64,000 nucleotides of DNA from Gammaproteobacteria bacterium (GTDB taxonomy: Bacteria > Pseudomonadota > Gammaproteobacteria > Thiohalospirales > Thiohalospiraceae). Shown piece by piece: positions 10,596 to 20,809 of the stretch. Position 1 is the stretch's first letter, and each line of letters opens with the position of its first letter. The stretch covers positions 1,838-65,837 of the forward strand of contig WFVH01000092.1 of the NCBI GenBank assembly GCA_015491735.1, in the 5' to 3' direction. The translations under genes and the position numbers were made by a program. A model generated the notes under the pieces. It was not told the origin of the DNA and did not search any database. It saw nothing but the letters and a program-made list of their open reading frames with translations.

Positions 10596-12749
10596 ATGAA
10601 ATCCAGCAGAGTCATCCAACCGGGAACCCCTTATCCGCTGGGAGCCACCTGGGACGGCCACGGGGTAAATTTCGCGCTGTTTTCCGCTCATGCAGAGCGA
10701 GTCGAGTTGTGCCTGTTCGACGAGTCGGGACGGCATGAGATCGAACACATCGTACTGCCCGAGCAGACCCACCAGGTGTGGCATGTCTATCTGCCGGAAG
10801 CCAGGCCGGGCATGCTCTATGGTTACCGGGTCTATGGTCCCTATGAGCCGGAGTCCGGTCACCGTTTCAACCATCACAAGCTGCTGCTGGATCCCTATGC
10901 CAGGCAGTTGCATGGGAGTTTCCGCTGGATCGAGGCCCATTACGGTTATCGCTTTGGCAGTTCACGCAAGGACCTTTCGTTTGACAAGCGGGACAATGCG
11001 CAGGCCATGCCCAAGTGCCGGGTAGTGGATCCCGCATTCACCTGGGATGGCGATCACTCCCCGGCTGTTCCCTGGTCGCAGACCATTATCTATGAAATGC
11101 ATGTGCGTGGTTTCACCATTCTGCATGAAGGGGTTCCGGTGGCGGAACGTGGCACCTTCGCCGGGCTGGGCCACCATGCCATAGTGGACTATCTGAAGGC
11201 GTTGGGAATAACCGCCGTCGAATTGATGCCGGTACACGCTTTTCTGGATGATCACTTTCTGGTCAAGAAAGGGCTGCGAAACTACTGGGGTTACAACACG
11301 TTGAACTTTTTCGCTCCGGAGATGCGTTACATGAGCCAGCCCCATCTGGCGGAGTTCAAAACCATGGTGCGGCGTCTGCACGATGCCGGTATCGAGGTGC
11401 TGCTGGACGTTGTGTACAACCATACCGCCGAGGGCAGCGAGCTGGGTCCAACCTTGAGTTTCCGCGGAATTGACAACGCCTCCTACTACTGGCTGAATCA
11501 GGACAACCCCCGTTATTACATCAATGATACCGGCGTGGGAAATACGCTGAATCTTACCCATCCCCGTGTGCTGCAACTGGTAATGGACAGTCTCCGTTAC
11601 TGGGTGACCGAGATGCATGTGGATGGTTTCCGTTTCGACCTGGCGGTAACGCTCGGGCGGGAGCGGCACGGTTTCGATCCGCACAGCGGATTCCTGGATG
11701 CCATTCACCAGGATCCGGTTCTCTCCCGGGTCAAGTTGATTGCCGAACCGTGGGATGTGGGGCCGGGGGGATATCAACTGGGCAATTTCCCGGTTGGCTG
11801 GTCGGAGTGGAATGATCACTTCCGTGACACGGTACGGCGGTTCTGGCGGGGGGACAAAGGGGTGCTGCCAGAGGTGGGACGGCGGCTGCTGGGGTCCAGT
11901 GATCTGTTTGAAGGCAACGGACGCAAACCCTGGGCCAGCATCAATTTCGTCGCCTGTCACGACGGCTTTACCCTGGCGGATACGGTCAGCTACAACGAAC
12001 GCCACAATGAAGCGAACGGGGAACACAACCGGGATGGCCACCATGAAAACTTCAGTTACAACTACGGGGTGGAGGGAGATACGGATGATCCGGAAATTGT
12101 TGCGCTACGCTGTCAACAGCGCCGCAACATGCTGGCCAATGTCCTGTTTGCCCAAGGCACCCCCATGCTGCTGGCGGGGGATGAGTTTGGCCGCAGCCAA
12201 CAGGGCAACAACAATGCCTACTGCCAGGACAACAAGCTCAACTGGATCGATTGGTCGGCGATTACCGGGGAAGAGTCCGCTTTCATCGATTATGTGCGTA
12301 GTCTGATCGCTCTGCGCCGCGACCACCCGGTACTGCGCCGCCGGCATTTCTTGCATGGCAGGCAGATATCCAGATGTACGGGACTGCGGAATATCGAGTG
12401 GCTGGATCCACAGGGCGGCGAGATGAGCGCCGAACGCTGGCATGATCCGGATCTTCATTGCATTGGCATGTTGCTGACAGGTGATGCGCTGGAGGGGGAG
12501 GTCAAACGACTTCCACTGGAGATCGACGATACACTGTTGATCATACTGAACGCGGATACAAAAGAGATCGTTTTCGAACTGCCAGAGCTTCCGGAGGGAA
12601 AAAGCTCCGAACCTTACTGGATCTGCCTGCTTGACACGACACTGTCTCACCAGCCTGCCGATGGAAAGCGAATTTCGGCGACGAGAGAGATCACGGTCAA
12701 GGCCCGTAGTACGCTTCTTCTCGCTTTGTGCAACAACGGAAGATGTTGA
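10596..12749 (+). CDS. glgX: glycogen debranching enzyme
   Basis: Track ORF 10575..12749. The ATG at 10596 follows the glk stop. GH13 motifs are present (DVVYNHT, GFRFDLA, EPWD, ACHDGFT). Confidence 0.9.
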   Translation: MKSSRVIQPGTPYPLGATWDGHGVNFALFSAHAERVELCLFDESGRHEIEHIVLPEQTHQVWHVYLPEARPGMLYGYRVYGPYEPESGHRFNHHKLLLDPYARQLHGSFRWIEAHYGYRFGSSRKDLSFDKRDNAQAMPKCRVVDPAFTWDGDHSPAVPWSQTIIYEMHVRGFTILHEGVPVAERGTFAGLGHHAIVDYLKALGITAVELMPVHAFLDDHFLVKKGLRNYWGYNTLNFFAPEMRYMSQPHLAEFKTMVRRLHDAGIEVLLDVVYNHTAEGSELGPTLSFRGIDNASYYWLNQDNPRYYINDTGVGNTLNLTHPRVLQLVMDSLRYWVTEMHVDGFRFDLAVTLGRERHGFDPHSGFLDAIHQDPVLSRVKLIAEPWDVGPGGYQLGNFPVGWSEWNDHFRDTVRRFWRGDKGVLPEVGRRLLGSSDLFEGNGRKPWASINFVACHDGFTLADTVSYNERHNEANGEHNRDGHHENFSYNYGVEGDTDDPEIVALRCQQRRNMLANVLFAQGTPMLLAGDEFGRSQQGNNNAYCQDNKLNWIDWSAITGEESAFIDYVRSLIALRRDHPVLRRRHFLHGRQISRCTGLRNIEWLDPQGGEMSAERWHDPDLHCIGMLLTGDALEGEVKRLPLEIDDTLLIILNADTKEIVFELPELPEGKSSEPYWICLLDTTLSHQPADGKRISATREITVKARSTLLLALCNNGRC

Positions 12750-13223
<474 letters not shown>

Positions 13224-13465
13224 CCGGTACTCCTTCAGTCTGATACGGGCCTCATCGATTGTAAATAGCCAACCCGCAAGCAAAGCGTCTCGATAGCGTG
13301 TGCAAGCCCGGTCTGCCGTCTCTTTTGTTACCACGTACTTGCCCGGCAACCCCGTCTGGCAGGTATTGAAGAATCAAATTATTGGATGCTGCTTGATAGG
13401 TCTCGAGGTGTCTCCGGAACTGGCAATGAGGGTAGAGGCTGTGAAGAGTGTGTTAGAAGCCCGAG

Positions 13466-13975
13466 ATGGTTATGAGTGTTAAGACAGAAATAGAGCAATG
13501 GGACGGAAAATCCGCAAATGATATTGGCGTAATTTATGAACGCCACTGTCATGACTCATCATTTATATCAGAACTTATTGATCTTGTTGGGAACGTATCA
13601 TTACAAAAGGGTGCCACTTGGCTATTGAAACGATACCTCGAAAATGAAAACAAAATAGCTGATGGTGAAGTTTCAAAAATCTTTGAGAGGCTGGGAGCAA
13701 TAGAGCAATGGGAGTCCAGGCTACATATACTCCAGTGTCTTCCGTTTATACCAATAACAAAACCTGAAAAGAGAAAGGTAGAGATGTTCCTGAGAAATTG
13801 CCTGGTAGACAATAACAAGTTTGTGAGAGCATGGGCGTATAATGGATTCTACGAGTTGGCTGTACAGTATCCAGAGTATGAAAAAGAGACCAGGCAGTTT
13901 TTTGAAATGGCCATGCGGGACGAAGCTCCATCGGTGAAATCCAGAATTATAAATATAATGAAAAAGGGCTTCTAA
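13466..13975 (+). CDS. hypothetical protein, helical-repeat (HEAT/AlkD-like?) in an AT-rich insert
   Basis: 169-aa ORF in visibly AT-rich DNA. The sequence looks all-helical (…KFVRAWAYNGFYELAVQYPEY…). The family assignment is only a vague resemblance. Confidence 0.45.
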   Translation: MVMSVKTEIEQWDGKSANDIGVIYERHCHDSSFISELIDLVGNVSLQKGATWLLKRYLENENKIADGEVSKIFERLGAIEQWESRLHILQCLPFIPITKPEKRKVEMFLRNCLVDNNKFVRAWAYNGFYELAVQYPEYEKETRQFFEMAMRDEAPSVKSRIINIMKKGF

Positions 13976-14379
13976 CAAGCTGCTTCAACACGGAAGTCTA
14001 CCGGTTAAGCACGGCGCTACGTGGCAAAGATGCTATGACCCGGTTTTTTCATCATCTGCAAAAACAGTTGCTTGGCGATAACCTGATCACAATGACGGGA
14101 TCCGTGGGCAGACAGCCTAAAATAAGAGCAGCGGCACCGGCGATAGCAGGGGCGCCGCGTGAACAATCCCTATTCCCCGTTTGACCATGGCTTCCCAGGT
14201 CCGGGCCGGCAACTGCCGCCATGTATCAATTAAGCGACATATGAATAGCGCCAGTAATCAATTGGTTACAAATTCACCAGGACAATCTTTCGCCAATCGG
14301 CGACAAGTTTCACCAAGAAACAGCCGCGGCAATCAAAGAGAAAAAGATAATCAACTGAAGTTTATATGTATTTTGATTG

Positions 14380-14395
14380 TGGCACGTTACATGCT
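14380..14395 (+). promoter_or_regulatory. sigma54-type (-24/-12) promoter candidate
   Basis: TGGCACG-ttac-aTGCT compared with consensus TGGCACG-N4-TTGCW. GG at 14381-82 and GC at 14393-94 have the correct spacing. Confidence 0.45.
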
Positions 14396-14419
14396 TAACT
14401 AACAGCACAAGGAGCGTGA

Positions 14420-14509
14420 ATGAAAATGCAAGGGCAAGGAGATGGTGCCTACGCTGCCGGACGTGCCCGTGAACAGGCAAAAATGGTGGCTGTTGCAAGG
14501 TTTTTTTGA
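14420..14509 (+). CDS. candidate 29-aa small protein (MKMQGQGDGAYAAGRAREQAKMVAVARFF)
   Basis: AAGGAG Shine-Dalgarno at 14409-14414, 5 nt before the ATG. It lies between the sigma54-like promoter and a terminator. It is below the track length cutoff and I recognise no homology. Confidence 0.3.
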   Translation: MKMQGQGDGAYAAGRAREQAKMVAVARFF

Positions 14510-14566
14510 GTTGTATTACTGCTTTCTACACAAGGACGCGGGCTCCCCGCATCCCCCCCCAGGGGA

Positions 14567-14586
14567 GGGCCATGGATGGCCTTTTT
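14567..14586 (+). terminator. intrinsic terminator candidate
   Basis: GGCCA-TGGA-TGGCC hairpin followed by TTTTT. Confidence 0.45.
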
Positions 14587-14683
14587 AATCATTTGACTAT
14601 CATATTTTTCCCATTACCGCTTGCCTGCGGGCCGGAAACTGAATACAGTTCCCGTTTGTGCATTCTCCATGGAGTGAGGCTGT

Positions 14684-15127
14684 TTGGTCAACGCGGGTGA
14701 ATTTCACTGGCCGGTCCGGGTCTACTACGAAGATACCGATAGCGGTAACGTGGTCTACTATGCCAACTATCTCAAATTCATGGAGCGGGCGCGTACGGAA
14801 TGGCTGCGTGAAATGGGGTTTGAACAAAAAACGCTCGCCAGTGCAGAGGGATTGGTGTTTGCCGTGCGTCATGCCGAGCTGAACTATCTCCGGCCCGCGC
14901 GGCTCGATGATTTGCTGAAAGTGGGTGTCCAGGTAGTACGCTGCAGGCGGGCCAGTATCGAGTTCGTTCAAACGGTCATTCTCGCGCAGGGGGAGGTAGT
15001 GTGCCGGGGCAATATCAAGCTTGCCAGTCTCGATGCAGATACATTCAAACCCCGGGCCATCCCATCTCGGATGCTGGAGACTGTCAGACGGTATATATCG
15101 GTAACACGGGAACATCATAGGAAATGA
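14684..15127 (+). CDS. ybgC: tol-pal associated acyl-CoA thioesterase
   Basis: FHWPVRVYYEDTDSGNVVYYANYLKFMERART matches the YbgC/4HBT family. It sits upstream of tolQ. The start is a TTG and is uncertain. Confidence 0.88.
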   Translation: MVNAGEFHWPVRVYYEDTDSGNVVYYANYLKFMERARTEWLREMGFEQKTLASAEGLVFAVRHAELNYLRPARLDDLLKVGVQVVRCRRASIEFVQTVILAQGEVVCRGNIKLASLDADTFKPRAIPSRMLETVRRYISVTREHHRK

Positions 15128-15822
15128 CAGAGCTAACGCTGACCCATCTGGTGCTCAATGCCGGTATCCCTGTGCAAGCGGTAATGGTGATCTTGCTGCT
15201 GGCCTCTGTTTACTCCTGGGGACTGATTTTGTACAAGCGGCGTGTGCTTTCGCAGGCCCGCCGCAGCGCCAGCGAGTTTGAAAAATATTTCAGAAGCGAG
15301 CAGCGCATGAGTGATTTGTATGCGCGTGTGCTGCGTTCATCGGATCGTTTGGGCACGATGGCGTCTATCTTCGAGGCGGGTTACAAGGAGTTTCAGTATC
15401 AGCGCCGGCAACCCGGGTTCGATCGCGAGTTGTTGAAAGACAACTCGGCGCGGGTGATGCGGGTCGTAATGAACCGTGAACTGGATGCGATGGAGTCCAA
15501 TCTCTCTTCGCTGGCCACCATCGGTTCGGTAAGCCCGTATGTCGGTCTGCTTGGCACGGTGTGGGGAATCATGTCCTCATTTACCGCGTTGGGGAACGTC
15601 CAGCAGGCAACGTTGGCAATGGTGGCGCCGGGAATTGCCGAAGCGCTGTTTGCTACAGCCATGGGGCTTTTCGCTGCCATACCCGCAGTGATTTCCTATA
15701 ATCGCAGTACGGCGGAGATTGAACGCCTTGCCAGTCATTACGACAGCTTTATCGAGGAGCTTGTCTCTCTGCAGTTGCACTTCAGTCAGTCCGGAAGAAC
15801 AGAGCGTTCGATGACCCCATGA
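15124..15822 (+). CDS. tolQ: Tol-Pal system protein TolQ
   Basis: 232 aa of the MotA/TolQ/ExbB family, in tol cluster context. Confidence 0.93.
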   Translation: MTELTLTHLVLNAGIPVQAVMVILLLASVYSWGLILYKRRVLSQARRSASEFEKYFRSEQRMSDLYARVLRSSDRLGTMASIFEAGYKEFQYQRRQPGFDRELLKDNSARVMRVVMNRELDAMESNLSSLATIGSVSPYVGLLGTVWGIMSSFTALGNVQQATLAMVAPGIAEALFATAMGLFAAIPAVISYNRSTAEIERLASHYDSFIEELVSLQLHFSQSGRTERSMTP

Positions 15823-16250
15823 GCCAGAAACGTGTCCGGAAGCGTCCGATTGCCGAGATGAATGTCGTTCCCTATATCGATGTGATGCTCGTGCTGCTGA
15901 TTATTTTCATGATTACGGCGCCGTTGTTGACTCAGGGGATCAAGGTCGAGCTGCCGAAGGTGACTGCCGAACCTGTCACGGAGAGTGATATGGATCCGCT
16001 GGTGGTGACTGTCAATCACAAGGGAGAGCTCTTTCTCAATCTGGGTGACGAGGCGGATAAAGCGCTTGATGAGCACTCCCTGCGGAACCGTGTCTCGGCA
16101 ATCTTGCGGCACCAGCCCGGGATTCCGGTACTGCTCCGTGGCGATAAAAACGTTGACTACGGGGCGGTGGCGAGAGCGATGGCATTGCTGCAGCAGGCCG
16201 GCGCTCCCAGCATCGGGATGGTTACCGAAACCCCCGGTACCGAAGAGTAG
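15819..16250 (+). CDS. tolR: Tol-Pal system protein TolR
   Basis: 143 aa, ExbD/TolR-like (MNVVPYIDVMLVLLIIFM). Confidence 0.92.
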   Translation: MSQKRVRKRPIAEMNVVPYIDVMLVLLIIFMITAPLLTQGIKVELPKVTAEPVTESDMDPLVVTVNHKGELFLNLGDEADKALDEHSLRNRVSAILRHQPGIPVLLRGDKNVDYGAVARAMALLQQAGAPSIGMVTETPGTEE

Positions 16251-16267
16251 CGGCAGGAGACCGCCCG

Positions 16268-17200
16268 ATGGCTCGTTACTGGTTGATTGCGCTGGCACTC
16301 CACGGGATTCTTTTCACCGTGCTGCTGGTGAGGTTTGACTGGTGGGAGAGCGAGGCTCCGGGATCTCCCCCCGCCATTCAGGCTACCATCGTCGATGAAG
16401 CGCAACTGTCACGGCCGGAAAAACGGTTGGCTGAAGCGCAAGCCGAGCAGGAGTGGCGGAACATCGAGGAGCAACGGAGCAAGCAGGAACTCGAGATGAA
16501 GCGCCGGCAGGAGGCTGAGAAGAGACGTCAGGAAGCGGAGAAAGAACGCAAGAGAGCGGAAGAGGAGCAGCGGCGCAAGATAGAAGAGCAGCGGGAGCGT
16601 GAGCGGGCGGAGCGGCAGAGACGGATTGAACAGGAAAAGGAGGCGCGCCGCAAAGCTGAAGAACAAAGACGCCAGGAGGCGGAGCGAAGGCGCAGGGAGG
16701 AGGAGCGCAAGCGAATGGAGGAGGAGAAAAAGCGTAAGGCCGAAGAGGAGGCCAGGCGCAAAAAACTGGAGCAGGAGAAGCGGGAGAGAGAAGAGGCCGA
16801 GCGGAAAAGGGTGGAAGCCGAAAAGCGCCGGGCAGCCGAACTGAAACGGCGGGAAGAGGCGTTGAGAAGCCAGTTGGCCGCTGAAGAGCAGTATCTTGAG
16901 GGGGAGGTGCAGCGGAAGAACCAGGCACTGATAAAACGCTATATGAAACGGATTGAGTCAAAGGTGAAGAGCAGATGGCTCGAACCCCCGGCTGCTCGGT
17001 CGGGCATGTCTTGTATCTTGAGAATCCGGCTGTCTCCTTCCGGTGAGGTACTGGTGGTTGCCACCGTTAAAAGCAGTGGCGACCCTGTTTTTGATCGTTC
17101 AGTAGAGAATGCGGTGCGCAAGGCGTCGCCTTTGCCGCTTCCACCGGATCCGGCTGTATTGCCCGGTTTCCCGGAATTGAATTTCAACTTTAAAAAGTAA
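16268..17200 (+). CDS. tolA: Tol-Pal system protein TolA
   Basis: N-terminal TM, a long Lys/Glu/Arg-rich helical domain and a TonB_C-like C-terminus (…ASPLPLPPDP…NFNFKK). Confidence 0.88.
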   Translation: MARYWLIALALHGILFTVLLVRFDWWESEAPGSPPAIQATIVDEAQLSRPEKRLAEAQAEQEWRNIEEQRSKQELEMKRRQEAEKRRQEAEKERKRAEEEQRRKIEEQRERERAERQRRIEQEKEARRKAEEQRRQEAERRRREEERKRMEEEKKRKAEEEARRKKLEQEKREREEAERKRVEAEKRRAAELKRREEALRSQLAAEEQYLEGEVQRKNQALIKRYMKRIESKVKSRWLEPPAARSGMSCILRIRLSPSGEVLVVATVKSSGDPVFDRSVENAVRKASPLPLPPDPAVLPGFPELNFNFKK

Positions 17201-17210
17201 AGCGCAGGCC

Positions 17211-18530
17211 ATGAAGTCAAACAGTTTACCATCACTATTCAGAATAGTTCTCCTGCCGTGGTTGTTATGTACGGCAACGGCCGCCCAGGCTGTGCTGACA
17301 ATCGAGATTACCCAAGGTGTAAGAGGAGCGTTGCCGATTGCGATAGTCCCTTTTGGCTGGGATGGACAGAGCAAGGCCCCCGAGGCGCTGGCCCGGATCA
17401 TCGGAGCGGACCTGGCCCGCAGCGGCTACTTTTCACCCCTGCCGGAGGCGGATTTGCCCAGCCGTCCGCATGATGCCGACGGTGTACGTTTTGCTGACTG
17501 GCGTATGCTGCGGGTGGAGAACCTGGTCATTGGCAAGCTGGAGCTGCTGGGGCCTGACAGTTATCAAATCAAGTTCCATCTGTTCGATGTCTATCGGGGA
17601 AAATCGCTGGCAGGCTACAGTTTTCGCACCAATCGGCGGGGGTTGCGCCGGGTCGCTCACCAGATCAGTGATATCGTCTATGAGAAACTAACCGGCAGAA
17701 AGGGGGTGTTCAGCTCCAGCATCGCTTACGTCACGGCAACGCGCAAAGGCGATGAGATCAGCTATGCGCTGTCTGTGGCGGACGCCGATGGCCACAATGA
17801 ACAGGTTATTCTGGAAGCCTCACAGCCATTAATGTCTCCCGCCTGGTCCCCGGATGGCAAACGTCTGGCCTACGTCAGTTTCGAAAGTGGGCGCTCGGCC
17901 ATTTATATACAGAATGTGGAGACGGCCCAGCGCACCCGGATCGTCGACTTTAAAGGGATCAACAGTGCACCGGCCTGGTCTCCGGATGGCAGGAAGCTGG
18001 CGTTTACTTCATCGAAAGCCGGTAATGCGGATATCTATGTGTTGGATCTGGAGAGCCGCAAGCTGGTGCGGATCACCTCCAGCCGGGCCATTGATACCGA
18101 AGCGGCCTGGTCTCCGGACGGCAGCTCCCTCGTATTCACTTCGGACCGGGGAGGCAGCCCGCAAATCTACCAGATAGCCATTGGACCCGACGGCGCCGAA
18201 GGCAAGGCCCGCCGGCTCACCTATGAAGGGAGTTATAATGCCCGCGCCTCTTTTTCGGCGGATGGCAGCAGACTGGTCATGGTGCACCGCTCTGAAGGGC
18301 GTTTCCAGATTGCGGTCATGGAGCTGAAGGGAGGGCAGTTTACCATCATCTCCGACACACGTCTGGGCGAATCTCCCAGCTTCGCTCCCAATGGCGATAT
18401 GGTGCTCTACGCCACCGAAGCGGGAAACAAGGGGGTTCTGGAGGCGGCATCCGTGGAGTCCGGCACCCATCAACGGCTGGACTTCGCCCGCGGGGATGTG
18501 CGTGAACCGGCCTGGTCACCGATGCCATGA
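17211..18530 (+). CDS. tolB: Tol-Pal system beta-propeller protein TolB
   Basis: 439 aa with a signal peptide and repeated PAWSPDG propeller motifs. Confidence 0.94.
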   Translation: MKSNSLPSLFRIVLLPWLLCTATAAQAVLTIEITQGVRGALPIAIVPFGWDGQSKAPEALARIIGADLARSGYFSPLPEADLPSRPHDADGVRFADWRMLRVENLVIGKLELLGPDSYQIKFHLFDVYRGKSLAGYSFRTNRRGLRRVAHQISDIVYEKLTGRKGVFSSSIAYVTATRKGDEISYALSVADADGHNEQVILEASQPLMSPAWSPDGKRLAYVSFESGRSAIYIQNVETAQRTRIVDFKGINSAPAWSPDGRKLAFTSSKAGNADIYVLDLESRKLVRITSSRAIDTEAAWSPDGSSLVFTSDRGGSPQIYQIAIGPDGAEGKARRLTYEGSYNARASFSADGSRLVMVHRSEGRFQIAVMELKGGQFTIISDTRLGESPSFAPNGDMVLYATEAGNKGVLEAASVESGTHQRLDFARGDVREPAWSPMP

Positions 18531-18662
18531 GCCATCCCGGGGTGGGGCAGGCGTTTCCGTTGCCGGGTTGGCAGTTGGCAGGGCTTGATTGTCCGGATAG
18601 TCCGACACCCCTTGCCGCCAGATTGATAGAATTGACTGATTGTTGACGCAGGAGTAACAAGC

Positions 18663-19193
18663 ATGAAGAGGTTGTTATACATGGTCGCCGCTGCGGCTGT
18701 TGCAACAGTGGTGGCCGGGTGCAGTGCAACGGCGCCCGTGGACGTGAGTGATGACGCATCCGCATCTGCGGCGAAGGGAGCCGATCGGAGTGGAAGGCGG
18801 GAGATGGCGGATGATATGGCTCAGGGGGAGGGTGGAGATGCTGACAGCGGGTCACTGTTGTCCCGAACGACCATCTACTTCGAACTGGACAGCAGCGAAA
18901 TCCAGCCGGAGTTTCGCGAGGTGCTGAGAGCGCACGGAAACCATCTTGTTGCCCATCCCGATATTCGTGTCACCATCGAAGGTCATACCGATGAACGGGG
19001 ATCGCGGGAGTATAATCTGGCTCTGGGAGAACGGCGTGCGCTGGCGGTACGGCAGTTACTGATACTGCAAGGGGTTGGGGCGGAGCAACTGGAAGTCATC
19101 AGTTTCGGGGAGGAGCGTCCTGCTGACCCCGGGCATGACGAAGCGGCCTGGCGGGAAAACCGGCGCGCTTATCTGCGCTATATGGGTCACTGA
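18663..19193 (+). CDS. pal: peptidoglycan-associated lipoprotein
   Basis: Lipobox VVAGC and an OmpA-like C-terminal domain (GHTDERGSREYNLALGERRA). Confidence 0.93.
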   Translation: MKRLLYMVAAAAVATVVAGCSATAPVDVSDDASASAAKGADRSGRREMADDMAQGEGGDADSGSLLSRTTIYFELDSSEIQPEFREVLRAHGNHLVAHPDIRVTIEGHTDERGSREYNLALGERRALAVRQLLILQGVGAEQLEVISFGEERPADPGHDEAAWRENRRAYLRYMGH

Positions 19194-19206
19194 GATTCGG
19201 GGGGTA

Positions 19207-19926
19207 ATGGTGAGCCGTTATCTGGTTTATATTGTCTGTATGCTGCTGCTGGTTGCGGGAGGTTCGGCACAAGCGGTCAGCAAGCGTGAACTGGAGCAAC
19301 GCATCGTGCGGCTGGAGCGCCTGATCGAGCAGCAGAGCGAGATGTTTTTGCGCATGCAACAGCTGCAGGAGGAGATTCGGGCCATGCGCGGCGATCTGGA
19401 AGTGCATGCACATACACTGGAAGGTATTCAGCGCCGGCAACAGGAGTTCTATCGTGATCTCGATAGTCGTTTGGGCCGTCTGGAGCAGGACACGGCCGCT
19501 GATACCGGCGGGGCCTTTGGCGGCGCGTCTACCGTGCCGGAGCCGGAAAGCATGGTGGGAGAGGAGGAGCAACAGGCCTATCAGCGGGCGTTCGAATATC
19601 TGCGAAAACTTGAATATTCAAAGGCAATCAAAGGGTTCGAGGATTATTTGAAAGCATACCCGGAAGGTCGGTATGCCGCCAGATCGCAATATTGGCTAGG
19701 GGAGATTCGCTATGTTCGCGGCGCCTACAAACAGGCGGTAGCCGAGTACCGGAAACTGGTGGAGCGGTACCCCGGTAGCGACAAGATTCCCGAAGTCATG
19801 CTCAAAATCGGACTCGGTTACCGGGAGCTTGGCAAGAGTGGCGCGGCGCAGAAGCAGTTGGCGGCGCTGATCGCCCGGTTCCCGGACAGTCCTGAAGCGG
19901 CCGAGGCCAAAAAATACCTGAAATAG
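19207..19926 (+). CDS. cpoB: cell division coordinator CpoB (YbgF)
   Basis: Internal ATG of track ORF 19075..19926 (MVSRYLVYIVCMLLLVAGGSAQA signal). Coiled coil plus TPR C-terminus. It is the last gene of the tol-pal cluster. Confidence 0.85.
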   Translation: MVSRYLVYIVCMLLLVAGGSAQAVSKRELEQRIVRLERLIEQQSEMFLRMQQLQEEIRAMRGDLEVHAHTLEGIQRRQQEFYRDLDSRLGRLEQDTAADTGGAFGGASTVPEPESMVGEEEQQAYQRAFEYLRKLEYSKAIKGFEDYLKAYPEGRYAARSQYWLGEIRYVRGAYKQAVAEYRKLVERYPGSDKIPEVMLKIGLGYRELGKSGAAQKQLAALIARFPDSPEAAEAKKYLK

Positions 19927-19939
19927 GAGTTCATCCCCT

Positions 19940-20581
19940 GTGGTGTTGCGTGTTTCGGAGATTTTTTGCTCCCTGCAGGGGGAGTCGCGCAGCACCGGGT
20001 TCCCTACCGCATTTGTCCGGCTGACGGGTTGTCCGCTGCGTTGCCGTTACTGTGATACCTCCTACGCGTTTCGTGGTGGCGAGGAGATGGCTCCGAAAAC
20101 CATTCTTGCGCGTGTTGCCGGTTTTGGTGTTCGTCATGTTACCGTAACCGGGGGTGAACCGCTGGCACAAGCGCCGGTTCATGAACTGCTGACCGCGCTA
20201 TGTGACGCCGGATATGCAGAAGTTTCGCTGGAGACCTGCGGCGCCCTGGATATTTCACCGGTGGATCAGCGGGTAATAAAGGTTATGGATCTAAAAACTC
20301 CGGCCTCGGGGGAGATGATGAAAAACCGGTACGAAAACATTCACCACCTCGGCCTGAAGGATCAGATCAAGTTCGTATTGTGTGATCGGGCCGACTACGA
20401 GTGGGCGAATCGATGTCTGCTCGACTATGCCCTGCCCTCCCGGTGTGAGGTGCTGTATTCGCCAGCCGCAGGGCGGCTGGAGCCGGCCGTACTGGCCACC
20501 TGGATTCTGGAGGATCGGTTGCCGGTCCGGTTTCAGCTTCAGCTGCATAAACTGCTGTGGGGTGACGAAAGAGGCAGATAG
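19940..20581 (+). CDS. queE: 7-carboxy-7-deazaguanine synthase
   Basis: Radical-SAM CPLRCRYCDT and an N-terminal FCSLQGES motif. Confidence 0.88.
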   Translation: MVLRVSEIFCSLQGESRSTGFPTAFVRLTGCPLRCRYCDTSYAFRGGEEMAPKTILARVAGFGVRHVTVTGGEPLAQAPVHELLTALCDAGYAEVSLETCGALDISPVDQRVIKVMDLKTPASGEMMKNRYENIHHLGLKDQIKFVLCDRADYEWANRCLLDYALPSRCEVLYSPAAGRLEPAVLATWILEDRLPVRFQLQLHKLLWGDERGR

Positions 20582-20809
20582 AAAGAAATCCGGTAACTTC
20601 CTGATTTTGCAACTTGCCGGGCAGTTAAAAATTTCGTTTCCTGGGCTATTCGCCCGGCGACTCGTTAGGTTAGGGGATGTTCAGCGCTTCAAGCATATGT
20701 TGGGTCAAGGCACCGCGCGCAGGTAATGGTTGCTCCATTGGCAAACGCTGTAACGCAGAGCCGGGGTGTTCGGGCGGAGTATCATCCTTAAATGCGTGCC
20801 GGGTTGATG

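Noticed and set aside
14035-14184. 49-codon plus-strand ORF (MTRFFHHLQKQLLGDNLITMTG…).
   Set aside because: It has no Shine-Dalgarno and no motifs, and it lies in a region of broken frames.
14256-14268. IHF-like site AATCAAttggTTA upstream of the sigma54-type promoter.
   Set aside because: This is a single degenerate-consensus match in AT-rich DNA, ~125 nt from the -24 element. That is too weak to list as a feature.
16383-16961. Several long ORFs in alternative frames or strands within tolA (for example 16383-16961, 16409-16666 and 16599-16844).
   Set aside because: They are artefacts of the repetitive GAA/GAG/AAG/CGN-rich Lys/Glu/Arg domain of tolA, which stays open in several frames.
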